Shown in pieces: positions 1 to 9,420 of a DNA stretch of 64,000 bases. Positions within the stretch are counted from its first letter, which is position 1. Every line of letters starts with the position of its first letter. The stretch covers positions 1 to 64,000 of the IMG/VR virus record IMGVR_UViG_3300011226_000001. One strand, written 5' to 3'. This DNA is from a virus. Its lineage: Duplodnaviria > Caudoviricetes. The position numbers and the translations under genes were made by a program. The notes beneath the pieces were generated by a model. The model did no database searches. It had not been told where the DNA came from and worked only from the letters and a program-made list of their open reading frames with translations.

Positions 1-50
1 AGACACAAGTAGCAGATGCTAACGGTATTCTTTGCCGTCAGTTTTCGCGT

Positions 51-743
51 GTGCGTAGTCTGATGCCTATAGGCGGGTATGGTCAAGGTCGTATGATGTT
101 TGACCCTGTGACCAAACAAGCTGTGCAGACGTATGCTGTCTATCCCGAGTATTCTCGCTACATACCACAAGCGGGTTGGTCTAAGACTCCTCAGCAGGTA
201 CTGGCAAACATTGCTGCTTGCTCTGACACGACTGTCGGTGTAGGTACTTCTATGGATTCTAACGATATTGTAGAATACGATTATGGTCGTACTCTGCGTT
301 TTCGTTCTATCTTCGTACCTAACGCAAGCGTGATCAATACGGGCAATATTCGTCTTGAGTATCAGGACCCTACTACTCTTGTCTGGACGCGCATTACTGT
401 GGTATCAGGCATGAATGATGGTCTGGATATCGTGGCGCGTAAGCTGCGATTGAGCATGAACGGTACGTCGTCCACCAACCAGTTGACGTTCACACCTTAT
501 GCAGAGAAAGCAAGTGACTTTGTTGTTGCTGCGTTCACGCATGTTGTGCTTGTTCCGCTGACTCTCGCAGTGCCAACTGGCGTTGCTACTTATATGGGTT
601 CTGTGCCGGAAGATTACTACGGCATTGTGCTTGATGTAGGCACTGACATTACTCTTGGTACGTCGTCTATTGGTCAGTATGGAACTATGGCCGTATCTGA
701 TTTAACGATTCGTATCGCAGATAACTTCCTGGAGGGCGTGTAA
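51..743 (+). CDS. putative virion structural protein (true start may lie upstream)
   Basis: Thr/Gly/Val-rich, beta-type sequence; TAATG coupling to the next gene; lies in the + strand late block. Confidence 0.5.
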   Translation: MRSLMPIGGYGQGRMMFDPVTKQAVQTYAVYPEYSRYIPQAGWSKTPQQVLANIAACSDTTVGVGTSMDSNDIVEYDYGRTLRFRSIFVPNASVINTGNIRLEYQDPTTLVWTRITVVSGMNDGLDIVARKLRLSMNGTSSTNQLTFTPYAEKASDFVVAAFTHVVLVPLTLAVPTGVATYMGSVPEDYYGIVLDVGTDITLGTSSIGQYGTMAVSDLTIRIADNFLEGV

Positions 744-1342
744 TGAAAATGCTCCCTGCGACGGCAAACGCAATGATGCGTAACGCGTACAGTAGCCTCG
801 TGAGTGCCTCAGTTCCTACAGCGTTCACCATGACTGCTAACTCAATTCTGTTTTATACTGGCACGATGCCTACTAAAGCAGAAGTTCAGGCTCTGCTTGC
901 AGAATCTACCCAGTTGTCAGGTAACAATGCCGTGTACACTCGTATCGGTCCTCTGTTATCTGCTCGCGTTGCTGATTATGTTGGTGGCGTGACGGGCAAC
1001 AAGGCTGCGATGACGCTTAATGCTGCTAACGTTCCTGTGCTGCTTGCGTCTGCGATGAACATGCGTCTTGCTGTTTCGTACAGTGATAACCGTTCGTGTT
1101 ACTTCCTGAAAGACGCTACGCCTACTTGGTGTATCGTTGTCGGTGCGTACTCGAATACGGTAAACTTGCAGACAGGCAACAACGATGCAGGTGCTGCATT
1201 CCTCGCTATCTGTAGTGTAGGCAATGAGAACTCGAACGCTGATTTGAAACTCGTTGGAGGCAATGTGTATGCAAATAACACTGCACCTACTGACCAGTCG
1301 AAAGCAGTGATCGTCAACGACCTCGTTTTGAAATTCGTATAA
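743..1342 (+). CDS. putative virion structural protein
   Basis: Ala/Asn/Thr-rich; TPTWC...SVG...ADLKL pattern resembles the C-termini of 51..743 and 9421..10422. Confidence 0.5.
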   Translation: MKMLPATANAMMRNAYSSLVSASVPTAFTMTANSILFYTGTMPTKAEVQALLAESTQLSGNNAVYTRIGPLLSARVADYVGGVTGNKAAMTLNAANVPVLLASAMNMRLAVSYSDNRSCYFLKDATPTWCIVVGAYSNTVNLQTGNNDAGAAFLAICSVGNENSNADLKLVGGNVYANNTAPTDQSKAVIVNDLVLKFV

Positions 1343-1377
1343 TAATTTATGCGAGTACACATTAAGAGGACGGTACC

Positions 1378-1617
1378 ATGCAACTGACAGTAGCCCTGAA
1401 AGCGCAGCAGTACATGAGCGTAAGCGCTGACAAATCTCTGCTTCAACAAGAGTACGCGACAACGTTTAACGGTATGTGCGAGAAGTATGGCGTACAGCAA
1501 CCGTTTGAACTTGACGACGACCGTATGAAGGAGTTCTTCTCAGAAGTCTCCTCAGCGTGGAAAACGCGTAAGCGTGAACTGTATCAAGATGGTCAGATTA
1601 CAGCTGATCAACTTTGA
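1378..1617 (+). CDS. hypothetical protein
   Basis: 79 aa ORF with GAGGA RBS, followed by a terminator. Confidence 0.7.
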   Translation: MQLTVALKAQQYMSVSADKSLLQQEYATTFNGMCEKYGVQQPFELDDDRMKEFFSEVSSAWKTRKRELYQDGQITADQL

Positions 1618-1622
1618 TCGAT

Positions 1623-1651
1623 AAGGGCGGCTTCGGCTGCCCTTTCTTTTT
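1623..1651 (+). terminator. Rho-independent terminator
   Basis: AAGGGCGGC-TTCG-GCTGCCCTT hairpin plus T-tract. Confidence 0.85.
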
Positions 1652-1672
1652 GTCTAATAGGGAGTATTAAAC

Positions 1673-1981
1673 ATGGGTGATGTGTTATCACAAATGCCAA
1701 CGATTCAAATCGTAGCCTTCTTTCTTTCATATGTTGGCGGCGTCTTGATGAACTATGTGGTCAAGACCAAGCGAGAAGGCTTAAACTGGAAAGAGTATTG
1801 GACGCTGAATCCAATCTCCTCCATAGCCGCAGTGTTTGTGTCTACAGGTATGTTCATTGGTTTACTGATGAACGGCCAGACAGACCATCTTACCTACTTC
1901 TCTTTGGCGTTCACAGTTGAGAACCTTGTCAACATGCAGACCACCAAAGCTCAGGAGCAGGATAAAGACAAAGCAGAATAG
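1673..1981 (+). CDS. putative holin
   Basis: 102 aa, 2-3 hydrophobic segments, charged C-tail, directly upstream of spanin-like genes. Confidence 0.55.
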   Translation: MGDVLSQMPTIQIVAFFLSYVGGVLMNYVVKTKREGLNWKEYWTLNPISSIAAVFVSTGMFIGLLMNGQTDHLTYFSLAFTVENLVNMQTTKAQEQDKDKAE

Positions 1982-1995
1982 TGGAGTGCGTGATT

Positions 1996-2292
1996 ATGTC
2001 TAAGGCTATTGAGATCGTGAGAAAATACTGGAAGGTTTTCGCATCTGTTATTGTGCTCGTCGTTATGGCGTTGTTGTTTCGTCGCCCTAAGACAAGCCCT
2101 TCAACTACCGCAGGTGAACAGAAAGCCGCTGACAATACGCGTGAAGCAGCAATCGAGAACCAAGTCCAAGACAGCAAGACTGTCAACGAGGCGGTGAAAG
2201 AACTGAACACGCGGAAGCCTGAGACTGACGTTAAGCCTCCGACCAAAGAAGACAGCATGGACGAGCTGGTGGACAGGTACAATAAGCTATGA
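1996..2292 (+). CDS. putative i-spanin (inner-membrane anchored)
   Basis: N-terminal TM (VFASVIVLVVMALLF) then a helical periplasmic region; ATGA-type overlap with the next gene. Confidence 0.55.
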   Translation: MSKAIEIVRKYWKVFASVIVLVVMALLFRRPKTSPSTTAGEQKAADNTREAAIENQVQDSKTVNEAVKELNTRKPETDVKPPTKEDSMDELVDRYNKL

Positions 2293-2753
2293 AAATAATC
2301 ACGTTACTCCTGTGCTTGCTAGTGACTGGTTGTAGTTCGTTGTCTGGCATCGAACCAACCAAGAAAACAACCATGCAAGACATTCAGCAGATCAATCGTG
2401 TTGAGTGGGAAAAGGAAGCCGTTCCTGCCAAGCCTCAAGTCGTTGTCAAAGTTGTAGACGAAAAAAAGGTTGCAGTGCTTGATAACAAGGGAATGGTTGA
2501 TTTGATCAATTTGTATGAGTCAGGCAAGACGCGCACCGAAGAACGAAACAAGTTACTCGATGTGTTGAACCTGACGATTGATGAACGCAACAAACTACTG
2601 CGTTTGGCTCAAGCCGAAGAGGTGAGGGCGAACGGACTATCCGATGACTTAGCGGCAGAGCGCAAGGCACGTATTGAAGATCAGAAGTCTGCCGATTTTC
2701 AATTGTGGTTGACGCGCATTGCAGCAGCTATCGGTATAGGTTTAGCGCTATAA
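2289..2753 (+). CDS. spanin lipoprotein (o-spanin/u-spanin-like)
   Basis: Lipobox LLVTG-C15, coiled-coil body, hydrophobic C-terminus. Confidence 0.6.
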   Translation: MKIITLLLCLLVTGCSSLSGIEPTKKTTMQDIQQINRVEWEKEAVPAKPQVVVKVVDEKKVAVLDNKGMVDLINLYESGKTRTEERNKLLDVLNLTIDERNKLLRLAQAEEVRANGLSDDLAAERKARIEDQKSADFQLWLTRIAAAIGIGLAL

Positions 2754-2755
2754 CG

Positions 2756-2793
2756 AAAAAAGGGCGACTCTCAATTACGAGGGCCGCCCTTTT
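2756..2793. terminator. bidirectional Rho-independent terminator
   Basis: AAAAAAGGGCG...CGCCCTTTT between convergent gene blocks. Confidence 0.8.
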
Positions 2794-2809
2794 CTATTTC
2801 TACAGCAGA

Positions 2810-3706
2810 TTACAGTTGATCGCGCAGCATCTGTGTCAGACTGTCGATGCGAATTACCAGATACTCCAGCATTTCGTCAACGCCACGCACAACATCGAGC
2901 TTGGACAGTTCACCGAAGCCTACGTTGATTTCACCGATTTCTTCTGGTGCTTCACCCAGCAGGCGATTACCTGTTTCGCTAATGTCAGCCTGAATATTGT
3001 TGTAGACAGTCACAATATCCAGAGCGAGCGCACGAATATCTTCATCCGCACGGTTGAGCAGTACGCCAGACTGGGCGCGAGATGCCATATCACCATCAGG
3101 GAATACTTGACCCATCAGGAACTGAGTCAGAGTGATGATCGGCGCGGCGTGCCAGCCCACAACTTTTAACGGAGCCTGAGTGCGTGATTCGAAGTACGCA
3201 GTGTGCATGTACTGGGCCATGCTACGAACATAGTCGTAAGCTGGAATCAGCGCACCTTCCTCACGAATGGTGCCAGCGCTGTCTTCGTTCTGTCCTTCAA
3301 ACAGATCGATGATGCGCGAACGCAGATCGGCAACACAGGCATTGTCAATCGCACCGAACTCGTACAACGCGATAGTCAGATGCGCAATGCTATCCATCAG
3401 ATTGACGGAGCGACGCGCGACACGCGGCCCAACAGGCACGTCTGTATCTGAGCCGCTTTCGAGTGACGGAGGAATGTGTGACAGTTCAACACCTACAGTA
3501 TCAACGTTCTGGAACGATGCGGTTTGGCCGCGGGCAGGACGAACCGCATCTTCGTTCAGTTTGCTGACACGTTTGACGTCCCACTCTTTGTGTGCTTGTT
3601 GTTCAGCATCGTTCAGGTAGCGACGCTTAAACTTACCCTTCTCGCCGCGCTCAACAATATACGGCAGACGGTCTTCATCGAATTTAACAGCAGCGAAATC
3701 GATCAT
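2810..3706 (-). CDS. hypothetical protein
   Basis: 298 aa ORF overlapping the upstream stop. Confidence 0.7.
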   Translation of the reverse strand: MIDFAAVKFDEDRLPYIVERGEKGKFKRRYLNDAEQQAHKEWDVKRVSKLNEDAVRPARGQTASFQNVDTVGVELSHIPPSLESGSDTDVPVGPRVARRSVNLMDSIAHLTIALYEFGAIDNACVADLRSRIIDLFEGQNEDSAGTIREEGALIPAYDYVRSMAQYMHTAYFESRTQAPLKVVGWHAAPIITLTQFLMGQVFPDGDMASRAQSGVLLNRADEDIRALALDIVTVYNNIQADISETGNRLLGEAPEEIGEINVGFGELSKLDVVRGVDEMLEYLVIRIDSLTQMLRDQL

Positions 3707-4410
3707 TCTGAAATAGCTCCCAGCAGGTTGATGGACAGGTCGGAGTTAACGCGATGCAGCGTCGTGACGGTATCGTCGATATGATCCGCCAGATTGCACA
3801 GGCAGTTGTGAACGCTGTCAACTACCTGAGAGGCGCGACAATCAACAGGACCTTCAACGCCGACCAGAGACAGGTTGATGCGATTAGCCATGCTCTGAAT
3901 ACTCAGCAGACGAGCGATAGCTGTCTGTGCGTCGCCGTAAACGCTGCGGCCGAATTGCGTTTTGTGAATAGCGCCTTGAACGTCTTTCTCTTCGTCGCAG
4001 TCTTCGCCTACCTCCTCTTCGTCGCTGCCGTGAACAGACTCAAACAGAACGTTATTGGCGAAACGCATTGCACTGTTCAGGTCTTCGTTGAGCACACGCA
4101 GCACGTTATCGTGCGCGCCTGATGCCAGATCCTCGCCTTTAGCAGGAGCAGGTTCGTACAGACCCAGACGCTGCAACGTATCGGCCAGAGTGGATGTGGC
4201 ATAGCGCAGGCTATCAGCTCGGCTGTAGAGTTGTGCAGCAAGTGACAGACCACCAGCCACTGGGCTACCTGCGGAAGACGCGGCAGAAGCTACGTGCGCA
4301 GAAGTTTGAGTACCGTTATATACGGGCGCAGTGACACGTTTACCAGCACCACCAGCTTTTGCTGATTTGCTTGAATTGTCCACAACACCGCCACGTTCTT
4401 TAGAAGCCAT
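3703..4410 (-). CDS. hypothetical protein
   Basis: 235 aa ORF with GAGGA RBS, downstream of an AATCTGTAAATA motif. Confidence 0.7.
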   Translation of the reverse strand: MASKERGGVVDNSSKSAKAGGAGKRVTAPVYNGTQTSAHVASAASSAGSPVAGGLSLAAQLYSRADSLRYATSTLADTLQRLGLYEPAPAKGEDLASGAHDNVLRVLNEDLNSAMRFANNVLFESVHGSDEEEVGEDCDEEKDVQGAIHKTQFGRSVYGDAQTAIARLLSIQSMANRINLSLVGVEGPVDCRASQVVDSVHNCLCNLADHIDDTVTTLHRVNSDLSINLLGAISE

Positions 4411-4468
4411 GCTTTGTTCCTCTTTTGATGATTGATAGTTAGTTTAGACAGATAACTTTAGCAGTTAG

Positions 4469-4480
4469 TATTTACAGATT
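4469..4480 (-). promoter_or_regulatory. recurrent AATCTGTAAATA motif (candidate phage promoter); exact copies also at 8505, 12903, 42437, 54810
   Basis: Exact 12-mer found 5 times, all on the - strand, mostly shortly upstream of gene starts. Confidence 0.6.
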
Positions 4481-5218
4481 TACTAACTTGCGATAGGCGC
4501 GAAAATGTTCTTGCGTCAAACCGTGATCCCACGGACGAGAGATGAACTTGAATACAGGGGTCATATCAAACAAGTCAGCCGCACAGACAGTGTAGTTGCG
4601 CTCAGGGTCTACCATGTTCACTTTACCGTTGCTGATCAGTAGACGAGCTTTGGCGTCTTTAGCAGTATCACCTGACGCATAGTAGCGCTCATACACAAGC
4701 GCAGAGATTTCCTGACGCATCTGCGTGGCGACATAGCCTTCGACGATACCCATGAAGTCACGCATATTCAGATTGTCGTCAATGCGAACTTCCCACGCAT
4801 CAGGCAGACGCAGATCAGTTTTACCTGTAGCTGTGTCGTGGTTAATCAAGAACGCACGGAGCTTACGCAACGGACCGTAGAACAGGTCTTGCTCCGCTTT
4901 GGACGTAAGCTCTTTGGCCAGTTCCTGATACGTGCTATTTGGATCAGCCATCATGTGACCGAACGTATACGCCAGAGGATGTCTGTTCTCATACGTATAC
5001 TTAGGCGTATAGGTCCAAGTACCGTTGAGTATATCAATACCCAACTCTTTGGTGTTACGCAGCAGCACACTGCTTTGCTTGTGCAAGTCGAGTGTGCTGT
5101 CCAGAATCTCAATGCTACCATCAAGAATCTGTTTGAAGATCAGATCACTGCTGTCCGGCAACGGGCTGCCGATGTTGATTTCCGCTAATGGACTCGCCAT
5201 GTACTTTACCTTCTGCAA
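4472..5218 (-). CDS. hypothetical protein
   Basis: Long ORF in the - strand gene run; start may be 5200. Confidence 0.65.
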   Translation of the reverse strand: MQKVKYMASPLAEINIGSPLPDSSDLIFKQILDGSIEILDSTLDLHKQSSVLLRNTKELGIDILNGTWTYTPKYTYENRHPLAYTFGHMMADPNSTYQELAKELTSKAEQDLFYGPLRKLRAFLINHDTATGKTDLRLPDAWEVRIDDNLNMRDFMGIVEGYVATQMRQEISALVYERYYASGDTAKDAKARLLISNGKVNMVDPERNYTVCAADLFDMTPVFKFISRPWDHGLTQEHFRAYRKLVNL

Positions 5219-5611
5219 CGAGTTTGTTAAGTTCAGTGCGCAGTCTACGACTCAATGACTTCGCTGTGTTGTACTTAGGAAGCAAGTCAGACATGCTATT
5301 TGCTTCTGTCCACGTCAAATGACGACGATAAATATCGTGACACATGCAGGCTATGCTTGTGCTGTGGATGAGGCGCTTGCCTAAGCGTTTAGGACCGTAG
5401 TAGATAGTTTCGACAACACCAACTGCTGTACCCTCTTTGAGATCAACCGTCAGCGTGTGTACGACTGTCTCCGTTGTTATCAACCAATCTTTCAACATTG
5501 TCACTCCCCTGAGCAAGGACAGCATCTACAACACTACTGATACATTCACCTGCTGGTGTCTTTTCATTATTAAGCACATCGAGAAAGACTCCCGTGCGCG
5601 TCGATACCACA

Positions 5612-5992
5612 TCAAGCGGATGCTGTTGTGGCAGAGATAGTGGATTTTTGGTCAACGAATTTCTTCTGCTTGTAATCCCAGCCGACTGCACGATAGAACG
5701 ACCAGAGGTCTTCGTGTATCTGCTTTGGAAGATTAATCCAAATAGGAGAATGACGTAGACGCATCATACGTCGGTCACTCTCCACCAGTTGTTCCCACTC
5801 AAACTTGCGTTTCAGCCAGAAGCGTTTGGCCGTAAGATCGCGAGCACAAATCAAACCCATACGCTTATCGAAAGCGCCCATGCTGACCAGCGCACGGTAA
5901 TCAGATTGCTGCGTGTCTGCTTCCGCCTTGAATACGTGAATACGAGTAGGAATATTGTTCGCGTATTCAATCGCATACATTTCGTGAATCAT
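5612..5992 (-). CDS. hypothetical protein
   Basis: 126 aa ORF with ATGA overlap. Confidence 0.6.
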   Translation of the reverse strand: MIHEMYAIEYANNIPTRIHVFKAEADTQQSDYRALVSMGAFDKRMGLICARDLTAKRFWLKRKFEWEQLVESDRRMMRLRHSPIWINLPKQIHEDLWSFYRAVGWDYKQKKFVDQKSTISATTASA

Positions 5993-6636
5993 CGGCCTCG
6001 GCCTTTGAAGTTCTGACGCTGAGGCTTCGCGCTGAAACGCTGGTTGCCTGAGTGTCTGCCTACACGATTATGCTTCTGACGAACAGCTTTCAGATTAGGG
6101 TCAGGCTCTTTGCGTACACGAGGTGTATCGAGTTCGAAGAAACCCGTCATCTCGGTGCGTCTGATTAGCTTATCGTTCATAGCGCGAGCAGCTTCAATCA
6201 AACCAGAATCACGCACTTCGTAACCTGACTCAAGCGCAAGGCTTCGGGCAAGCGCAGTGTTGTGACCATTAAGCACCAACACGATCTTCTTATCACGCGC
6301 AGCCGCAGACAGGTGAGCCATAGAAAGAATCGTCTTCCCGCCAACTTCGTGTCGATCACTGTCCAGCATCAGAGCGAGCAGCACAACGAAACGTGCTTCA
6401 AGCGTCTGCCCTTCTTCAAACACTGCGTCAGGCAAATCATCGCCTGTATGCGCCGCTTGTTCATCAGCAATAGCAGCACGGCCTTGTTCGAGATAAGGCT
6501 CAATCGCCTGATACGTCATGGTATTAGCAGTCTTGTCATCGTGCGCATCATGAGCCAAACGAGCAGCTTCAATGTACGCACGACCACGCCAGTACGCTTC
6601 AACATCTTTAGCCGTCAACTCAAACTGTTCTGCCAT
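5989..6636 (-). CDS. hypothetical protein
   Basis: 215 aa ORF with AAGGA RBS and a basic C-tail. Confidence 0.65.
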   Translation of the reverse strand: MAEQFELTAKDVEAYWRGRAYIEAARLAHDAHDDKTANTMTYQAIEPYLEQGRAAIADEQAAHTGDDLPDAVFEEGQTLEARFVVLLALMLDSDRHEVGGKTILSMAHLSAAARDKKIVLVLNGHNTALARSLALESGYEVRDSGLIEAARAMNDKLIRRTEMTGFFELDTPRVRKEPDPNLKAVRQKHNRVGRHSGNQRFSAKPQRQNFKGRGR

Positions 6637-6982
6637 GATTCTTCCTTATATGAATAGACAAACGATAGGCCAGCAACTGGCCAAAGTCTTTGAAGTGCAG
6701 ATTGCGCATATCCCGCAGCGTACGGTTCGCCACTTCAAGCACATCGCTATCGCTGCAAACAGGAGCGACCATGTAACCGTCTTCCCATTTAACATACGAT
6801 GCCCATTCAGGTTCTTTGCGTGTTATCTTACGGCAGTTGATAACAATACACAACTCACGCTTCTTGAAGCCCCACCAGCGAGTCTCATTGACTCGCATAA
6901 TAGCAGTGGCTTGTTTGTCTTGAATGGCCATGTGCTCGACGCGGGTGTCACGCGTTTTAAACGGCGGCAGTTTCAGTTCCAT
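6620..6982 (-). CDS. hypothetical protein
   Basis: 120 aa ORF with GGAG RBS. Confidence 0.6.
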   Translation of the reverse strand: MELKLPPFKTRDTRVEHMAIQDKQATAIMRVNETRWWGFKKRELCIVINCRKITRKEPEWASYVKWEDGYMVAPVCSDSDVLEVANRTLRDMRNLHFKDFGQLLAYRLSIHIRKNHGRTV

Positions 6983-7631
6983 GTGAATCTCCGATACGCA
7001 GCGTATAGCCGTTGTAGTTCTGGGCTTCCGCCAGTGCGTTGTGGAAATGGATTAACAGGCTGTCTGGGCATTCACGCTCAAGACGCTGCATATACTCCAG
7101 GCAATAGATACGATGACCGTCAGACATTTTGTTGAAGATATCGGACAGTAGTTGCAGCACTGCGGTGCGAACGTCACCCTGAGCGCGAGTGAACAAACGG
7201 ACCATGAAGAACTTCTCTGCGATGTAACGCGCAGCATACGAAGGGTCAAGATCGTATACGTCTTTGCAGTTGTCATAGACGTCACCGCACTTGAGCGTCT
7301 GGGCCTGATGGCTAGCTTGTAGCAGCTTGATGATGTTGCCCCAGAACTTCTCAACGCGCGGCGTACCTTCTGGGTATTCGTTGTTGGTTACTTCGAGTAC
7401 CAGATCAGCAACCTGAGTGCCGACAGTCAGTTCCAGCGTACCGTGTGTAACCCCAGTGTCTTCGATAACATCGTGACAGATAGCGCCCGCTTCAATCAGT
7501 TCGCCCACGTTAAACTGAGACAACCACTGTGCAACACGCAGCGGGTGATTGATGTAGGGTTCGTTAGTGTACTTACGAACCTGACCTGAGTGAGCTTGTG
7601 TAGCGACGAGGCGAGCAATATTAGTAAGCAT
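6957..7631 (-). CDS. HD-domain RelA/SpoT-type (small alarmone) hydrolase
   Basis: AHSGQVRK..EPYINHP, HDVIEDT, LKCGDVYDN match the HD_4/MESH1 motifs. Confidence 0.8.
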   Translation of the reverse strand: MLTNIARLVATQAHSGQVRKYTNEPYINHPLRVAQWLSQFNVGELIEAGAICHDVIEDTGVTHGTLELTVGTQVADLVLEVTNNEYPEGTPRVEKFWGNIIKLLQASHQAQTLKCGDVYDNCKDVYDLDPSYAARYIAEKFFMVRLFTRAQGDVRTAVLQLLSDIFNKMSDGHRIYCLEYMQRLERECPDSLLIHFHNALAEAQNYNGYTLRIGDSHGTETAAV

Positions 7632-8136
7632 GTTGTACCCACGGATAGAGGTTATAGAGATCACCACGCGCGTATTTGATCTGAGCATGGTTGTTGACTA
7701 CGCGAATTTCGTAGTAGGTTCTGGATGGCGTCTGCGGTTCATCGGACCAGATGTTCGCACGGTCATCATGAATGTCATACAGGTCGTCTTCACCGCGCAT
7801 GATACCGATAACGTCACCGCGATGGTCTATGTACGGCTCCAGCCAGTTGATGAAACCAACAAGACGGTCTGTGCCTTGAGAACGGCGTGAGAAGTTCGCG
7901 CAGGTGCGAATGTAGGACACGACACCGGAACCGTGAATGAAGTTACGTTCAGGCACAACGCCAGCGAAGCCTTCGCTATCACGACAACCCAGCGCGGCAC
8001 CCACGTCAATGCCGATGTGCAGAAAGTCGTCAAAGCGATGCGGATGTTTATGCCACGCTTTCAGCATACTGATAACTTCTTTAGGCGTATCTGCCTTGAG
8101 TCTGATGTTCCACTCAACAACGAAAGAGTAACTCAT
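7621..8136 (-). CDS. hypothetical protein
   Basis: 171 aa ORF in an operon. Confidence 0.6.
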   Translation of the reverse strand: MSYSFVVEWNIRLKADTPKEVISMLKAWHKHPHRFDDFLHIGIDVGAALGCRDSEGFAGVVPERNFIHGSGVVSYIRTCANFSRRSQGTDRLVGFINWLEPYIDHRGDVIGIMRGEDDLYDIHDDRANIWSDEPQTPSRTYYEIRVVNNHAQIKYARGDLYNLYPWVQHAY

Positions 8137-8138
8137 TA

Positions 8139-8465
8139 TTATTCGTCCTCGTCTTCATCTTCTTCGTCTTCACGGAGCACTTGACCATTATCTTTGGCCT
8201 GTTCCATGAGTGCTTTAAATTCATCTGTGCGATCCAGAGCACGAAGCACATCAGGTACGTACTCAAACCCGCGCGTCTTTTCTTCGAGCAGATAGCGAGC
8301 CGCATCAATATCACGCATGTTGCTGTACAGGCGTTCCTCGACTGTCTTGCCTACACCGTCTTTGTGCTCCATACCAAACTGCTGCGCCTCTGTGGCCAGC
8401 AATGCTGCCTCAGTACATTTCTGAGCAAACATGGAAAGAGCAAACTGCAATTCTGTCATTGCCAT
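8139..8465 (-). CDS. hypothetical protein with acidic tail
   Basis: 108 aa, AAGGA RBS, EDEEDEDEDE C-terminus. Confidence 0.65.
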   Translation of the reverse strand: MAMTELQFALSMFAQKCTEAALLATEAQQFGMEHKDGVGKTVEERLYSNMRDIDAARYLLEEKTRGFEYVPDVLRALDRTDEFKALMEQAKDNGQVLREDEEDEDEDE

Positions 8466-8496
8466 AATAGGTCCTTATTCTAGGTATAGTGGTATT

Positions 8497-9063
8497 CTAT
8501 GCTTTATTTACAGATTTCAACATAGCCCGTGTTTCGTTGACTATGCTCATTGTATCAAGCATTGCCTGTTTATGGCGTTCAAGCTCTACACGCAAACGCT
8601 CAAGTGAGGTCTTTAAGTTACGCAGTTTATTGCGCCCAGTAGGTGCTGGGTAGAAACGAATCTTATCCGTACACGAGGCCAATTCAAAATAGATTGTGGC
8701 TTCTTTAGGTGTCACTGAATAGCAGAATGCTACACTGCCTGTAGCTCCTGTCTCAATCGGATTCAACCATTCACGACAATGGCCAGTGTTGGTCGTACCG
8801 AGAAGATCATTGAAAGCACTCAGGCAGTCAATGATCTTCGTCAGCTTGTCGATGTAGAGTTGGTCGCAGTTGTCACGAATCGCAGAGGTCGCATCTAGCG
8901 TGTGGATGACGAGATGGGCTGCACCCCACGCGACTTCGAATTGACCGTAAGCTGTGCCACTAAATGGGCTAACATACACTTCCCAGTTCATGGCTTTCAT
9001 TGACGGACTACTTCCGAGGAACTTTCTTCCTACCTTTTTGACGATTGGCTTTGGCTGCTGCAC
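8497..9063 (-). CDS. hypothetical protein
   Basis: 188 aa ORF. Confidence 0.6.
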   Translation of the reverse strand: MQQPKPIVKKVGRKFLGSSPSMKAMNWEVYVSPFSGTAYGQFEVAWGAAHLVIHTLDATSAIRDNCDQLYIDKLTKIIDCLSAFNDLLGTTNTGHCREWLNPIETGATGSVAFCYSVTPKEATIYFELASCTDKIRFYPAPTGRNKLRNLKTSLERLRVELERHKQAMLDTMSIVNETRAMLKSVNKA

Positions 9064-9412
9064 GACGACGCTTCCTGTAAGTGGCTTCTATACGTTTCCA
9101 TTTACAGTTTGCGTTGTACGCCCATTCTGCTGCTCGCGCTAACGCGTCACCATGACAACGTTTAGGGCTACACCAACAGCCTAGACGTTTGCCATACAGC
9201 TCAAGCAAGTGGCTTATGCGTATCTCCCCGTCGTATATCTTGAGCCATAAATCTATCTCATGTTCATCACACACTCGGTCACGTTCGGCAACAGTCTCAT
9301 TCTTCATGTAGAACTTGTTGCCCCACTTAGTCTCGCGGTCGATACGCACGTCATAGTCTTTGTTGCCGTTACGCATACTGACTACACGCGTCTTAGGTGC
9401 AAAGGGTAACAT
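9008..9412 (-). CDS. DUF4326 domain protein
   Basis: YDVRIDRETKWGNKF ... LYGKRLGCWCSPKRCHGDAL signature. Confidence 0.8.
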   Translation of the reverse strand: MLPFAPKTRVVSMRNGNKDYDVRIDRETKWGNKFYMKNETVAERDRVCDEHEIDLWLKIYDGEIRISHLLELYGKRLGCWCSPKRCHGDALARAAEWAYNANCKWKRIEATYRKRRRAAAKANRQKGRKKVPRK

Positions 9413-9420
9413 AGTGTTCC

